NCBI RefSeq assembly: GCF_009914755.1
Contig: NC_060931.1
From: the human T2T-CHM13v2.0 reference genome, Homo sapiens
Length of the DNA: 64,000 nucleotides
Direction: 5' to 3' (one strand)
The stretch's first letter is position 1; each line of letters begins with the position of its first letter. The translations under genes were made by a program, and so were the position numbers. A model generated the notes under the pieces. That model worked only from the letters and a program-made list of their open reading frames with translations. It made no database searches and had not been told where the DNA came from. Positions 16,491-31,910 of this stretch are shown here, piece by piece.

Positions 16491-17814
16491 AGTAGGATTT
16501 TTATTGAGCAGAAAATGACACAGAGACTAGCCAGGAGTGTAAATATTCTTTGCCAGGAAATATTCAGTGCCAGTTTCTCTGGCACTGGTTTAAAACTTCC
16601 AGACATTGTCAAAGACTGTAACTTCTGGTTCTAGCCTCATATGTAGATGTATTTACAAAAATTAAAAGTAGAAGTAGAATATAAAATGCAGATTGTTTTA
16701 AAAGACTTAATTTAGTATAGGATTATTTTTCCTAAGACATATGGAAAATATATTCAGTAGTAATCAATACAGGGTAACTATAACAAGGAAACCATTTTTA
16801 GTATTATTTTAGGTAGATACCACAAGAAAAAGGGGCATTCAGAGAAAAGATATAGTACATTACTAGCAAATTTATTGTCCAAAAAAATAACATTTTCTTT
16901 TTGTGAAATTTATATACAGAAGAAATTAAATTTACTTTTGAGACTAGAATATTTACTAAAGAGCTGGCATTTATTTTTGTAATTCCTATGTTTTAAAACT
17001 TGTTTCTAGTTAAAGTAAAATAATAACTAAAGAGTAGGAAAGATAAATAATAAGGTTGAAGGAATAATTCTTAATATAGCGTAAAATAATACAGCTAGAA
17101 AACAGGCACATTGGCATAGATTCTGATGATTTAGGAAAAAAATGATTTGAAGATTTCCATTATACATCATGAAAAAATAATTTTGGCATTGTTAGAAAAT
17201 ACTATGTTGTTTTGCTTTATGAGCTGGAGGAAACTGAAATTCTTTTTTTAGCAAGTAATTACTTCCACAACAAGAGCCCTTGGATTTTAACATTCACCCT
17301 GGAATTTTCATCAGTACTTAAAATACAGTTTGAACAGCAATAAAACTATGAAAGTTTCAATTATCAGTTTCTGACAGAAGAAAAGTTACCTACTCTTAAA
17401 AGGAAAACAACATTAGACTCCTAATCAATTCATTCTCTATGAAAATAAAGAAGAAATTTGCTCAAAGCAAAACCTGTTCCACGTCCACATGTTCCATTGT
17501 CTAAGATCTGCAAGGAACAATAGCAATTACACTAAAGAAATACCCCGTTTGTTGTATCAGTGCTTAAAAAAGAAAACACAGTACATATACCATGTTAGAT
17601 GTATTGCCTATACATATATAACACATAAATTAAATATATATTTGAATATTTTCTATTGATGCACATTGTCCATGATATTCAAAGAACATACTTGACCAAA
17701 AATATAGGTAATTTTCATTTTTTGAAATTTCATTAACTTGGAAAAATTTATATTTTATCTCATTGATTTAAATATGGACTATCTGATTGTAATATAAAAA
17801 TTTCATACATCTTT

Positions 17815-18140
17815 CAAAAAGCTTCCAGGTCATGAAAGGCAAGGGATGATTGAGGACCTATCAGATTGGAGGAGATATAGGAGTCAAACAATTAAATGCA
17901 ATGTGGGATCCTAAATTGGATCCTGGACCAGAAAAAAAATAAATGGTGGGTTTGTGGAAAAGCTCAACATTTGTATAAGGCTTATAGATATTTTAATATT
18001 ATCATATATATGTTAATTTCCTGGGTTTGATCACTTTATTGGGATTAGAAGTTAACATTAGTAACGTTGGGCAAAGAGTGGGCAAAAGGAATGTCTGTAT
18101 TATTTTTGGAAATCCAAAATTATTTCCAAATAAAAAGTCC
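17815..18140 (+). mobile_element. L1MC-like 3' end fragment
   Basis: aaatgcaatgtgggatcctaaattggatcctggaccagaaaa motif and terminal ttccaaataaaaag. Confidence 0.6.
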
Positions 18141-18580
18141 ACCATTAGCTTTGGCTTATAAAAGAACACAAACAAAAAAAACTCCAGCATAAATTCACAG
18201 TGTTCAAATTGAGTAGAAATAGGGGAATTTGTTCCTTAGAAGAATTCAAGACAGATTTTTAATTTCCTGTATAAGAATGTCTTATATTCCTACAACCAGT
18301 GACTGTATTTCTTAATACAGCAATAACTGCAGAGCATTGTAATACCATGTGCATTAAAACATATGATTAATGAAAAGAATGATGCAAGTATGTACCATTT
18401 AGTACCTCCTCATATTAATGATCATGTCATCAATGTCTTTTATGTTCAAATGTATATCCTACTTATTTTTTTACATTTCTCAAAACACGATTTTTGATAT
18501 AAAAAGTGATGTTTTCCAAAATGTCATGAGTCATCTAAAATGAAATCCAAATGTCAGTACATATGTAAATCTGACATTAG

Positions 18581-19854
<1,274 letters not shown>

Positions 19855-19879
19855 TATTAGATTATATGATTTGCTTTAC

Positions 19880-19970
19880 CTGAAACTGTGTGATCCTTTG
19901 AGTCTCTTGTTATTTTTATCCTTGCGTGAGGAAAGATGTAGTGCATAGTTTTCCCGTTCATCTGTATAAT
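19880..19970 (-). CDS. PCLO: PCLO coding exon (91 bp; probably exon 9): [30 protein letters not shown](G), start of PDZ domain
   Basis: Acceptor atgtcttag|ATTATACAG and donor GTTTCAG|gtaaag; phase 0 start matches the previous exon; the ORF track shows only a wrong-frame ORF here. Confidence 0.95.
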
Positions 19971-21450
19971 CTAAGACATACATGTAGTAAGGTAAAAAAC
20001 CAGCATTAAAGACACTTAAAGTGCAATATACATAATTAGAATGGTTCATTTCAAAGCACATTGATTAAATCAATGGAACGTAGTAGGAGATTCTCACATG
20101 ATGGCAATTTAAACATCTTACACTAACACTATATAATGATATTACTGGTTCTGAGTTCTTATGGTGTTTGCATTTATAACCAATTGCTCTTGCAAAATGA
20201 CTTGTTGTATTTGAAAAATTAATAAGTGCATGCAATAGGTTCTGAAGAATGTTTGTTACTACAGTAGTATGCAGTCAATATTGGTGACCTCGGATATAGA
20301 ATGTATTTGGAAAATTGCCAGCTGTTGATTTTGCTCTGGACAGTCTGGGAAAAGCATTTTTAATTTTCAGCAATTAAGTTGTGCCGGGGGAGAAAAAATA
20401 GAGAAGATCCCCCTACTTTGACATCTCTGTCATCATAATTAGGATTACTTTATGTTTGTGTTTCTTGATTTATTGTGGCATTGTACTTCTGCTGAGCACA
20501 GGTACTAGAAGTTTCATTGTAAACTAGACGCAGAGACTAATTCTATATAAATAAATAAAGATTTTGTTCACTTTAATACTTTTTAAAATTCAAAGCTTGC
20601 ATTATTGATAGTGTTATGTCTCCTAGACATTCCTTAGGGTAGAAGAAGTAACACTTAAAGCTACTGTTGCAAATCTGTGATTTCAATTCTCATTATTGAG
20701 ACTTGAATATGAGAATATTATAGACAGCATTATCTGTGTTTCCACCTGGTGAAACATCGTTTCTGAAACAAAAGTAAATTAGCGAATGCAAACTTGTGCT
20801 TTATATTTCATGGAACTTTGCTTTCAAAAGAGATTTGTGAAATAATGAAAGACAGAAATAGTAAGATATTTACTCTTACCTATATTAACAGGATTTTATT
20901 TGTATGGAATTTTGTATGTATTGTCATAGGAAAATTTTTGACTTAAATTACAACCAAAATAAAGTTTAATATAGATAAAAATTTCATATTACCTATTTTA
21001 GAATATGTTTAAGAAGTGTGTTCCCAAAAGATAAAACAGAATTTAGAACTAAAGAGGTATACATTTTGTGAAGAAAGATTCCTTAGAAAACTCTTGTGAA
21101 CTTAATGTGTCCTAGTATTTCCAGCTGTAAAATTGTTAGAATTCTGGATATTAAAAACAAAACAGGTATTTAAAAAACTGAAGCTAAAATTACAGCCTTT
21201 AGCTTTTATCCTCTTTAGGAAAGAATAAGCTTAAGCAGGCCTTAGATTAACATAAAATACTCCCTAAACAACAGCAGAATCCTGTTAAGTCCAGGAATAT
21301 TATGTGAATTCTGCAGAGTAAAACAAAAATACTGTTTACTAAATTATAAAAATATTAGGGTAAGTATAATAAGTCAATTCAGATAATTCATACTAATGCT
21401 AACTTTGTAAACCATTGAAAACCTTATTCATATTTGTAACAAGTGCTTAC

Positions 21451-21625
21451 ATTTTTCTTCTTTTTCCCTCTCTTCCCTGCTGTTCACTCTTCTCTCTCCT
21501 GTCTCTATCTCTTTTGTCTGTCTCTCAGTCAGCCTCTCACTCTTTCCTTTCTCTCTGTTACTTTTTGCCCTCCCCACATCTTTTTCTCCCACTTTTTTCC
21601 TTCTTCTTCCCCTCTTTTCTTTTCC
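21451..21625. repeat. CT-rich low-complexity tract
   Basis: ~175 nt of almost pure pyrimidines on the + strand. Confidence 0.85.
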
Positions 21626-22679
21626 TAATATGCATTTAAAAATCTTTATTTTTTACTAAAAATAAAATCATATGCATTGAAAATTTTGTAACTGTTAGGT
21701 GTAACTGAACTTTGCTTTGGTACTGCAGGTAATTCAGTAAAATTGGTGGATGTTACTTTGTTTTATTTCAATCTCTTCTAATCTCAGGTATTAGTTAATA
21801 ATAATTCCAAAAAGTTATTCTTTCCATTTGGTCACAAATAAACTAAGAAAACACAATTTTGCCTTTTAGTATTCTTTCCAATTTTCAGGCTGGGGAGACG
21901 TTGATGTAATCTCACAGTGCATCTATCACACAGTTTAGAAGAGTCATCATCAGGCTTCCTAATTTTTTCACCAGTTTTATCAAATAGCCACTATTACCTT
22001 TTATTTTATAGTAGAAGGAATGTTGAACATATTAATTTTCTTGAATATTGCTTTAGGACATCTCATACAATCTCCTATAGTTTCAGAGACTGTCTACCCT
22101 GTCTGCAAGCAGCTTCATAAATCCACTTAATAAATCAGAAACACAAAGCTGCCATAATTATGATCAATATGACCAAAAGTCTATCTGTCTTCCATGTATG
22201 AATTAGATGTACGAGCTAGATGAATCTCAGCTTTTTAGTAACCACAGAGGGTGAATGTTGAGAGAGTCCTGTAGCAGATGGGGTTACGGGTAGGTGTTGC
22301 TAACGCCAAATAAGAGTAGGCACAAAGCCAAGGGGCAGAACTGATGTCAAGTGGTGCTACATTCCTCTCCCCAAGGGGATGGTCTCTGTTATCATTGTCT
22401 TTTGGTGATTCCTCATTGATAGAATTATTGCCTATAGGCCTCCCAGAAAGAGGGCTGTTCTTTCCTACCTACAAATATTTCAAAGAGTTATTTTCATGAA
22501 TCAAGCCTGTATATATAAACAGTTTGTTAACAAAAAGGGAAGGAATTGAGCCCTTTACTTCACACACGGAAGACAGATAGCCTTCATGTCCTTTTTGTTA
22601 ACATACTGTGTATTCATACAGACATCCCTTCCCTCACTTAAATACTACACATTCTAGATGCAGGAGACAGAGTGCCTTG

Positions 22680-23060
22680 CTGAGTTCCTAGCACCGTATG
22701 CATATATAACATGGTAGTTGGAATACAGAGCTGCTGCTCTCAAGAAGCTCACAGCCCAAGACATAATACATGGGGCACCACTGGAGCACAAAGGAAAAAC
22801 ACTTACCCCAGATTTCTGGGGAAGTGGGGGTGGTAGTGTCAGGGGAGTCTTCTTGCATCATGGGGCAGTTACATGGACACCTGGGTGATGATTAGGGTTT
22901 GCCAAGGGATGAGTGGAGGAAAAGTGTCCAAGGAGCGAAAACAGAACATTCAAATTCCTAGAATCAAGAGAAAGAGTGGCTCTTTCATGGGAGCTTAATG
23001 TACCTCAATGCAGCAGTTGGGTAGGAATTGCAGATGATGTGAGCGTTAAGTGCAGAAAGT
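22680..23060. mobile_element. L2 fragment
   Basis: ctgctctcaagaagctcacagccc...ggagcacaaaggaa...tcagggagtcttc typical of L2. Confidence 0.6.
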
Positions 23061-23235
23061 GAAGGGATTTTATAATAGTCAAGAAGTGCTGACCTTTACA
23101 ACCACCCTGTGAAAGGTATTAGCATTATTTATAGAGTAAGTGACTAAAGTAAAATTAAAAAATAAGAGATTAGGTTATCTGTGCAATTCACAAAGCAGTG
23201 CTGAATTTCTACCGAAGAAGGCAGAGGTTAAGCAT

Positions 23236-23236
<1 letters not shown>

Positions 23237-23279
<43 letters not shown>

Positions 23280-23305
23280 GTACACACACACACATACACA
23301 CACAT
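23237..23305. repeat. (TAGA)10 tetranucleotide STR followed by imperfect (CA)n
   Basis: Directly visible perfect TAGA array at 23237-23279. Confidence 0.97.
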
Positions 23306-26101
23306 ATAAGTATACACATATATTTGAAATGAAACAAATATGGACTTTAAGATTCGGTTTATTTTTATAATTAATATGATTGTGTGTCTAATAAAAAATT
23401 TTCAGAAATATTCTTCTATGCCTCTAATGTTTGTCTTATGTAAACTAGTTTTAAAAGCAGATAAATTAGTGTTTGCATTAGTATTATTGGTTTTATTACT
23501 TTTGCCTCCAAAGCATTTTATGAATATGATTTCTTGTTATGCATATGTTTTCAAATAAAAGCATCTGAGTTTATTAGTACCAAGAGCTCAATATTAGCTT
23601 TTTATGATTAGAGATGCAAAGAAGTTAATAACATGAGAATGCCATTTTGTAATTCTCCAAGCCAAAATATAGTTATGATGAGTTAAAGAGGGAGACAGTA
23701 TTTGAAGATAAATATTAATGCAAAAAGCATGAATTTTGAATTTTATATAATTCAACTTTTGAACTTCATGTAAATAAATGTATGTTATAGTAGAATCTAT
23801 TTAGAAAAAATGATAAAGAAAAACAAATTATTGTCACAAAAGTCAGCACATTTGTTACTTATTTGGGCAAGGGAGTGGTTATGATCTGGAAGGGACATAC
23901 AAGGGTTTCAGGGACAGGCAATGTTCCTTTTTTTGGCCTGTGTGGCGGTTTCATGGCTGTTCACTTTTAATCAGCTTATAACTTTGCATAGTTGCAGTTT
24001 CAATATTACATATATAGTTTTTTTGTTTGTATGTTAGATGTGAAAATGTAAAATATTATACAAATGTAAAAAATTACTTTTAGCAAGAATATACACATTA
24101 TTATATTCACCTAACAAGTATGTCTACGTGAGCAGACATAGCAAGAAATTTATTAAATGATTCTCAAAAATACGTTCTCTGCTTAATTTTGACATTATAT
24201 TGGTCTATAATTATATATTATTTAAACCATTATTACTATGTACCCAGTAGACCAAAACCATAAATCTGTATATGTTAGTAACATTAAATTAGAAACAAGA
24301 ATGTCCTTAAAGATATGAATATTTCATTTACATATTTTTGGGCTGGACGCATTACTTTAAATATATCCTCAAAGAATATTAGTTTGATAAATTAGGTGGA
24401 AAAGACTATTCTCAGTGCCCGTGGAAACAGTAGTGTTGATAATAAATATTCCTGCTTGTTAATTACTAAACAAGCTGCCCTGTTTATTATATAGTTTATC
24501 TTACTATGATTTTGTTAAAGTATCTGTGTTTTCTTTGACTGGATCTAGGTTTGTGGGAAACACTAAACTTCAGAGAAACAAATGAGATGGGGAAGACATA
24601 ACAAGTATTCCATTTTAGAGAGATTCATATAATAAACACATTTAAAGAAGTTATTTTTAACTGACATTTATTATCTTAGTAATTGTAGATAAAAGGAGCT
24701 AAATTTAAGATTTTAAATGTGCAGAATAATTTTATTAATTTTCTTACTTTCTAGCCAGATCTATTTGATGAGAGTTGAAACACAACCACAAATACAATTT
24801 CAATAGCAAGACAAGCTAATAAAAGCATAATTCAATACAGGCTGATATGTTTACATGAAGTAGAATAATGGAATTATATTGACATTTTAATGGAGGGAAA
24901 TATATGCCTAAACAAAATATGTATTGAAGATATGAAAAACTAAAGATAGAAATTTATAGTAGAGAGGAATTAAAAAGATTCTAGAAAATATGATAGCATA
25001 TAGAAAAACAGAACAAAATTCTAAGAAAAAATTCTGTTTAATAGGTAGAAATTTGTCCATGAAAACTTAAATTGCTTAGAAATAAATCAAATCTAAGAGT
25101 ATAGTCAATGTATTTTAGACAGTACTTATAAATGTCAAAGGCTTGTTTTCTTTTATACCTCAATATGACAAACACTGAATTATAGTAAGTCTATATGGAT
25201 CTTCTCAGTTGTTTAAAATATGGTTGTTTTCTATTTCAATTAATCACTAAACAGGATGATTAGGGGTTTATGTAAATAAAATAAGTCAACTATTTTGGAT
25301 ATTTCAATAATCATAATGAGTACACAACCTGCAAATATCTGATCTGCTAAGGCAATTGATTAAAGGCCACTTGGCTTACCTGAAGACTCTCCTTCAATTC
25401 ACTCAACTCTTAGTCTCGTAGTTGTATTTCAAAATTCAATTCAAACATCACCTCATTTCTCAAAAGTGAGTGAGATCATGAATTTTGGTATCATATTTAT
25501 TTAATTCTGAAATTTACCTCTAAGTTTCAATTTCTTCCTCTATAAGAATACACTGATTAGCAATATCTACTTTATGTGAGTTGTTCCACATATAAAATTC
25601 AAAAATACATAACAAAACAACTAACATTTCCATATAATAGATCCACTAAAATATCAGCTTCCTTTCTCCTCCAGGTTAAGCGTTCTTTCTATCCCAGCTC
25701 ACTCGGTTTGGCCATGCTCTCACTTGCTCTTAGCATCTGAACATGTTGTTATTGGAAAGCACTGAAAATTACCCAAATCTATTTCACCCAATTGCTTGTA
25801 AGCTCTCAGAGCTCCATCTATTCTTCTTGTATAGCTGTGCTGGATATGTTATACAAACTTAATAATGATCTGTTGGAGGAATGAATCACTTAAATTGGTA
25901 GAAGTATCACAGCTATGCTCCATTTTCAGTCAGTCATAGCTGATGAAGTGAGCTGTGTTACTCCTTTATGTTATTGGAAAAAATCATTTGTGAAATTAAT
26001 AAACAAACATCTCATTCCTTTTAGGACAATTAAGACCATTCTAGGGTAGACTTGAGTCTTTTTTGATAAATCTAAAAGAAATTGCTAAATATAGCACTTA
26101 C

Positions 26102-26238
26102 TTGCTCTTGATGTTGACTGAGTGGTCTAGAGTGGACCAATCTTTCCGGCAGTTTTCGGTCCAGACCATGTCCATTTTCCAAACGAGACTCCCTGGGTTT
26201 ATCAAACCAATCTGTTTCCTCACGACGCAGATGATAGG
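26102..26238 (-). CDS. PCLO: PCLO coding exon (137 bp; probably exon 8): (A)[45 protein letters not shown]
   Basis: Acceptor tgtccaaag|CCTATCAT and donor GAGCAA|gtaagt; frame continues from the large exon; peptide recognised as piccolo. Confidence 0.96.
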
Positions 26239-26670
26239 CTTTGGACACCAAGGAAACATCATACATTGCAACGGCAAGTAATACAGATGATTGAGGGAAG
26301 CAGATGTTCTGTAGTACTAGCATGCACTAGGCTTGTTAACCATACATGCATTTCAAACACATCTCCCCTTGGGACTAGAAAAATTATTTTTGTTATTATG
26401 CCAAAAATCAAATTATGTCAAAAATTTTAAACCATAGAATAGCCTAGAAAAAATGATGCACACAGATGTTCACAATCTCAGAGCAAAACAAAATCAAATT
26501 TTAAATCAGGAGAAAAAAGAAATTTAGATAGTGATAAAATAAATAAATGATCAAGTGGTCATTCTTCAAAAGGATCATTCTATTTAACCTCAGCCCATCA
26601 GTTCCCACATCCACACATTCTCTCCCATACTCTCCCCACAACCCACTAGAAATTTTTTTTTAAGGTAGGC

Positions 26671-26780
26671 CGATGGGTGCAGCAAACCACTATGGCACAT
26701 GTATACCTATGCAACAAACCTGCACATTCTGCACATGTATCCCAGAACTTAAAGTATAATACAAAAATTAAAACAAAAAG
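26671..26780 (+). mobile_element. Very short L1PA 3' end
   Basis: gatgggtgcagcaaaccactatggcac...cccagaacttaaagtataat plus A-rich tail. Confidence 0.9.
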
Positions 26781-28845
26781 TATTCCTTGTGTATGGAAGT
26801 TTCTGTCACTTTCCCACCATTACATCAACCCAGTGCCAATAAGTTGTTGCTGGCTTTAACATTATTTTTTGAAAATACGACATTTCTATGACATTCACAA
26901 TGAACAAAAACATTTGTTTCTAAGAGAATTCTTGTGTTATTGTTAGGAACATGTGTGCCATGATTACGTAGTAGCCTAATATTAAAAATACCTCTATTGT
27001 AATTGTTAAATAAAAATAAAATGATTATTTTTTTAAGAGAAGCACTGATTTAGAAAATAGATTGAAGACTTGGTTGCCTGCTTTTTATACTCACACTGTG
27101 ACAAAATTTCACAGATTACTTTTTTGAAAATGCAACTATATTTAAGGTACACAATTATTATTTTAAATTAAATTTCATTCATTAGTATCTCATAGGTCTT
27201 TTCAAGATATTCTATAATGACTGAACATCTTATTTTCCCTAATATATAGAATTTTCCTTTTAATAAATTGTTTTAGTCTTTGTAAAAGAATCTCTAATTA
27301 ACAGTCTCTGGAAATACTTTGTTGCTTCCTGCTTCCTAAACACTAGAAGGAACAAGGCTCCTCAAGTGCTTATCCTTTAAAGATTTGTTGATGATGTTGT
27401 CAACCTCCACTTTCTTGAAACTCCAGCTTCTAGAATGCCATACAATAGCTTTATTTTTCTATCTACATTCCTGACTATCATCTCTTCCAAAACCTCCTCC
27501 CAACCTTTTCCCCTAGGCCATTTCCATCATTTCATTGCTGCCGGGGATGGCAAACCCACAGCATATGTACCACTACTCAACTCTATACCTCCTGTGGTCA
27601 ACACTGCTACTTAACCATGGCATTTTCCTCCCAGAATACAAAATGAGCAACGATGTGTCATGGGTTAAGCAGTCTTAGATTTGAGAAAATACATTAACAC
27701 ATATCTGTTTTGTAATTGCATATGTACTTGACTGATCTCACCTATTCTAAGCTGCTTAAAGGCAAAGCTTATATTGTCTTTTTTTTCCCCTTCCCTCAAT
27801 ACTAAAATCAATGCCCTGCACAAGGCATAGCATCCAATAAATATTGGCATGAATGAAGCATAGAATAATTAGTCATCAACTAGAAAAAGTAAACATCCTA
27901 GTTATGATAAACACATTTAAAATATTAATTTGTCCTTTGAACCTCACTGATGCAGATATTTTTCACAATCTGCTCAATAATTATGGTTTTCCAGTCTTAA
28001 TTTGAAACCAAGTGACTGAACTTACCAAGAAATTTAGTGTAATAGACATTTGACAAGGAAATACAAAACAAATTCATTATTTAATCATTAGTCTCTTAAA
28101 ATCTATTAGATTATTCCCAGTGACACTGACACTACTTTTGTCTTACTTCTTACCGGATTTTATTATAGATTTCTCATGAAAATAGAACAATAATTTATAC
28201 TGATTTTAATAAATTAATATCCTTTATGATGTAGTACAAGATTTCATTTGAATATATAACTTTCTTAATTGCATTTTAAATATAATTCTTTGAAATGTGT
28301 GTTTTGTTTGGCTGTGCCTATAGAAATAAAGTAGAAGTTCAACCTGACCCAAATTCTGTCAATTTATTACCAATAATTCTGATTATGTATTTTGATTTTG
28401 TTATTTTTTATAATAACCCTATGTGTAACTGAATAAAGATGACTATCATCCTTTGCACAGGAATTTACAATCAACCAAGAGCAAGCAGATTAAATGAATC
28501 TGCTTTTGTATTGAATTTTGTTTTCATTATTTAGAACCAGTTGTACATAAATGCTAATTGTTTATAACTGTCTCATCTTTCATGGTAAAATCTCAGTGAA
28601 AAAGTAAATTTTATAACAAAAAAAATTCTGAATTAGTTCAAATCGTTTGAAGGAGACTAACAGTATTTTTTTTTTAAACTTGACAATATTTTCTTGAATT
28701 CCTAAAAGTAAAATACAAATAAGTTATTTCTGGATCTAGTACTGTCCGCAGGCTACAGTTACATAAACAGTTTAATTCTTCTCAGTATCAAATATCGGTG
28801 AAATATATATACTTTTAAAAAGACAGTATATACTGGAGGACATGA

Positions 28846-29145
<300 letters not shown>

Positions 29146-30900
29146 TGTTTCTAGCGTGCTTCAAGCTAAAAATATTAATAAATATTAAGCAACATAAACT
29201 ATATCTATATAGACTTTTCCTCAAGAAAGATATTTCAACATCAACAAATCTTTTAGAATATATCTAATGACTGTCTTATATCCTATCACTTATACAGTTT
29301 AATTGAATTTGGAAAAGCACACAACAAATAATTTGAAAGCAATTAAATTTGTTTTGTTCACAGGATACTAAATAACCTGTAGAATGTTATACTACTCAAA
29401 ATTATCTTAGTATATTCAAATATAGATATAGCATATATTTGCTAAAAATCTGTTAAAAATTTCTAATACTTAATGAGTTAATAAATGTAGGAATTATTGA
29501 TTGGAAAAAAGTAGTTTCTTCTATTTTTTTAAATACTGAAGGAATTCAAGATTTCAAACGAAAAGTACACCATTACTCATTAGAAGAAAAATAGTATGCT
29601 TATGTGATACATAAACAAAGAAAATATATAACATTTTACTACATACATCATTTAGAAGTAATCACTACAATTCACACACATACCATTACATATGTAATTC
29701 ATATATAATTGCTATAGTTTTCCTGCCCCAATTTATATCAACATAATCTTTATGAATAATTTCCTTGTCTGCTTAATTTTAAAATATATTTTAGTTTAAT
29801 TTCATTTAAATTTTAATTGCTTTACTTCTTTGGTATCATCTTTACACACTTCATAATTTTATATGCTGCATGGTATCTCATCCTCTATTTTATCAAAACA
29901 ATGTTTTTCACACAGTCTTTGATGATTATGACCTATACATCATTCAAACATATAAAAGGGAAATAGAATATTCTGTTATTTTTATATGGCTCTACATATA
30001 TGTAAGTGCCACGTATTGGGATATATAGAAACATCTAAATATCTGGCAGCATGTTGACAAAATATCTATGATGATAAATCAAACTCTCTTTAGATATATG
30101 CTCATGATGTACACACAATCTTAAGGCATTTCGTTATGCCATTGACCCTCTAGGGTTTTTGTTTTATTTTGTTATTTTATAGACATGACTATTGGATAAA
30201 CTCTTTACTCTTCTGCAATTGTCATTTTCTATCTATAAAATGTTTATAAAATGTGGATTGTAAAAAGTAAGGAAATATTAAAGACTGTTCCCACATGATA
30301 TCACAATTCTTGCAATGTACATTTATTCAAATAATCATCTAAATAAAAAACCCACAAATTGAGTATTTTATTCAATTAACTAATTGTCAATAAAAATGGT
30401 CAATCCAATAGCCTGTAGAGACGAAAACAAATCAGAAAATGACTAATCTATTGGAATTTCACAAACAAAAGCAGTTTGTCCTCCTTCAGATACAGTGATT
30501 ATTTTAGTTCAATAAAAAAACTATTAAAATCCAGATTTGAATTCCTAAAATCTTATTCATCTAGACAAAGATGTAGGAAAAAAATCCTTTTCACAAAAAT
30601 GTGTATTTTCCTGTGAGTCCTCAAGAAAGATGTTATGTTTGAAAAGGGAGATGTTCATGTTAGCTTAGTTCTTTGGAGTCTCTAAAGGAAGGAAATAATA
30701 ATGCTTTTATTTGATCAAAAATATTTTATTTCCAGAACTCCATCTACATCTACATTCAAATGTAAACCAAAGGAGGTGAAAAAAAAAGGACCAAGAGTCA
30801 AGAGTCATGAATCCTCTTGGTATGGGCTAGGCTCTTCACACCTTTGTATCATTCCTCCCTCATCTTCAATATTAGACTTGGACTAGATAATTTTCAAAAA

Positions 30901-31042
30901 TGTTTATGGTTGTATATCTTTAAACACAAAGCTACTTTAAATCAGTTTTTAGTTAAGTATTTACTTGTACTACTTGTTTATGGTTGTATATCTTTAAACA
31001 CAAAGCTACTTTAAATCAGTTTTTAGTTAAGTATTTACTTGT
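30901..31042. repeat. Perfect 68-bp direct duplication with 6-nt spacer (period 74)
   Basis: 30901-30968 is identical to 30975-31042. Confidence 0.95.
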
Positions 31043-31716
31043 TCAACATGGAAAACTAGCAAGTCAATTTAGGGCAAATACATGGGATGATACAAAAAAC
31101 AAAATCAAGAAACCAAAGGAAAAGGCTAAATGGGCAAATCAGGAAGGTTTGAACTCTAAATAACTAAAATCAGAAAAGAAGTTTACAAGGTTTCAATTTT
31201 AAAGAATACTTCATACTAGTACAATTCTTTATTTTCATGTCTTATTTAGTACTAAACTTTCTAGCATATAATGCAAAATTACAAATTTGTAAATAATAGT
31301 ATTCATAATGAGAGAGAAAGATAAAACAGAAATCTTTTATTTAAGGAAAATAACAAAATTCTACATTATACTAACATCAAGAACTTATCCAAAAGTTCTC
31401 AAAAATAGAAAATCTTCTGAACTAATGAACACTGATCTCATAAACATGCCATAAATGATTTTCTATTACAAAGTCTATCAGAATAGTATTTCATGGCTCT
31501 AAACTTTAATAATTTCAGAAACTGAAACTGACCAATAACTTTTAAAATATATTTTTAAAAATGAAAGAAACTTACAATGAAAAACTTTTCAACTATGGAT
31601 TTATAGGATGACCATATTTTATTGACAGAATTATTTGATAATGGTTTTAGAAAAGCAGACACCAAACAAATCAAGCAAACAATCAAGAAACAGAACAATA
31701 AAGGAATAAAGTAAAA

Positions 31717-31910
31717 CTAAATAAAGAAAAGCATGCTACAGAATCTATACACATGATAAAATTTCCATTTACAAGAAATAAAATTGAAGTAAACATGCAA
31801 AAGACACACCAAGAAAAGTAGGATACATCTCTGGAGAAGGGAAATTAAACATGCAGAAAAATAAGAGTTTGAGTTTTGAGAGTAACAGGGTAGTTTGAGG
31901 CCCAATTTAC
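31717..31910 (-). CDS. PCLO: Putative read-through coding extension of the large PCLO exon (alternative last exon, 64 new residues then TAG)
   Basis: ORF stays open for 64 codons past the donor; U-rich downstream sequence with AATAAA motifs on the minus strand. Expression not shown by sequence alone. Confidence 0.5.

Noticed and set aside
16565-16587. 9-bp perfect hairpin cagtgccag/ctggcactg (similar one near 28483)
   Set aside because: Stems this short are expected by chance in 64 kb; too small for a pre-miRNA.
19876-20061. 61-aa ORF over the 91-bp exon
   Set aside because: Wrong frame; the splice-defined frame gives the piccolo peptide.
20871-20900. TAG|GTAAGA on the minus strand as a recursive splice site (also CAG|GTAAGC near 25380)
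   Set aside because: No adequate polypyrimidine tract immediately upstream.
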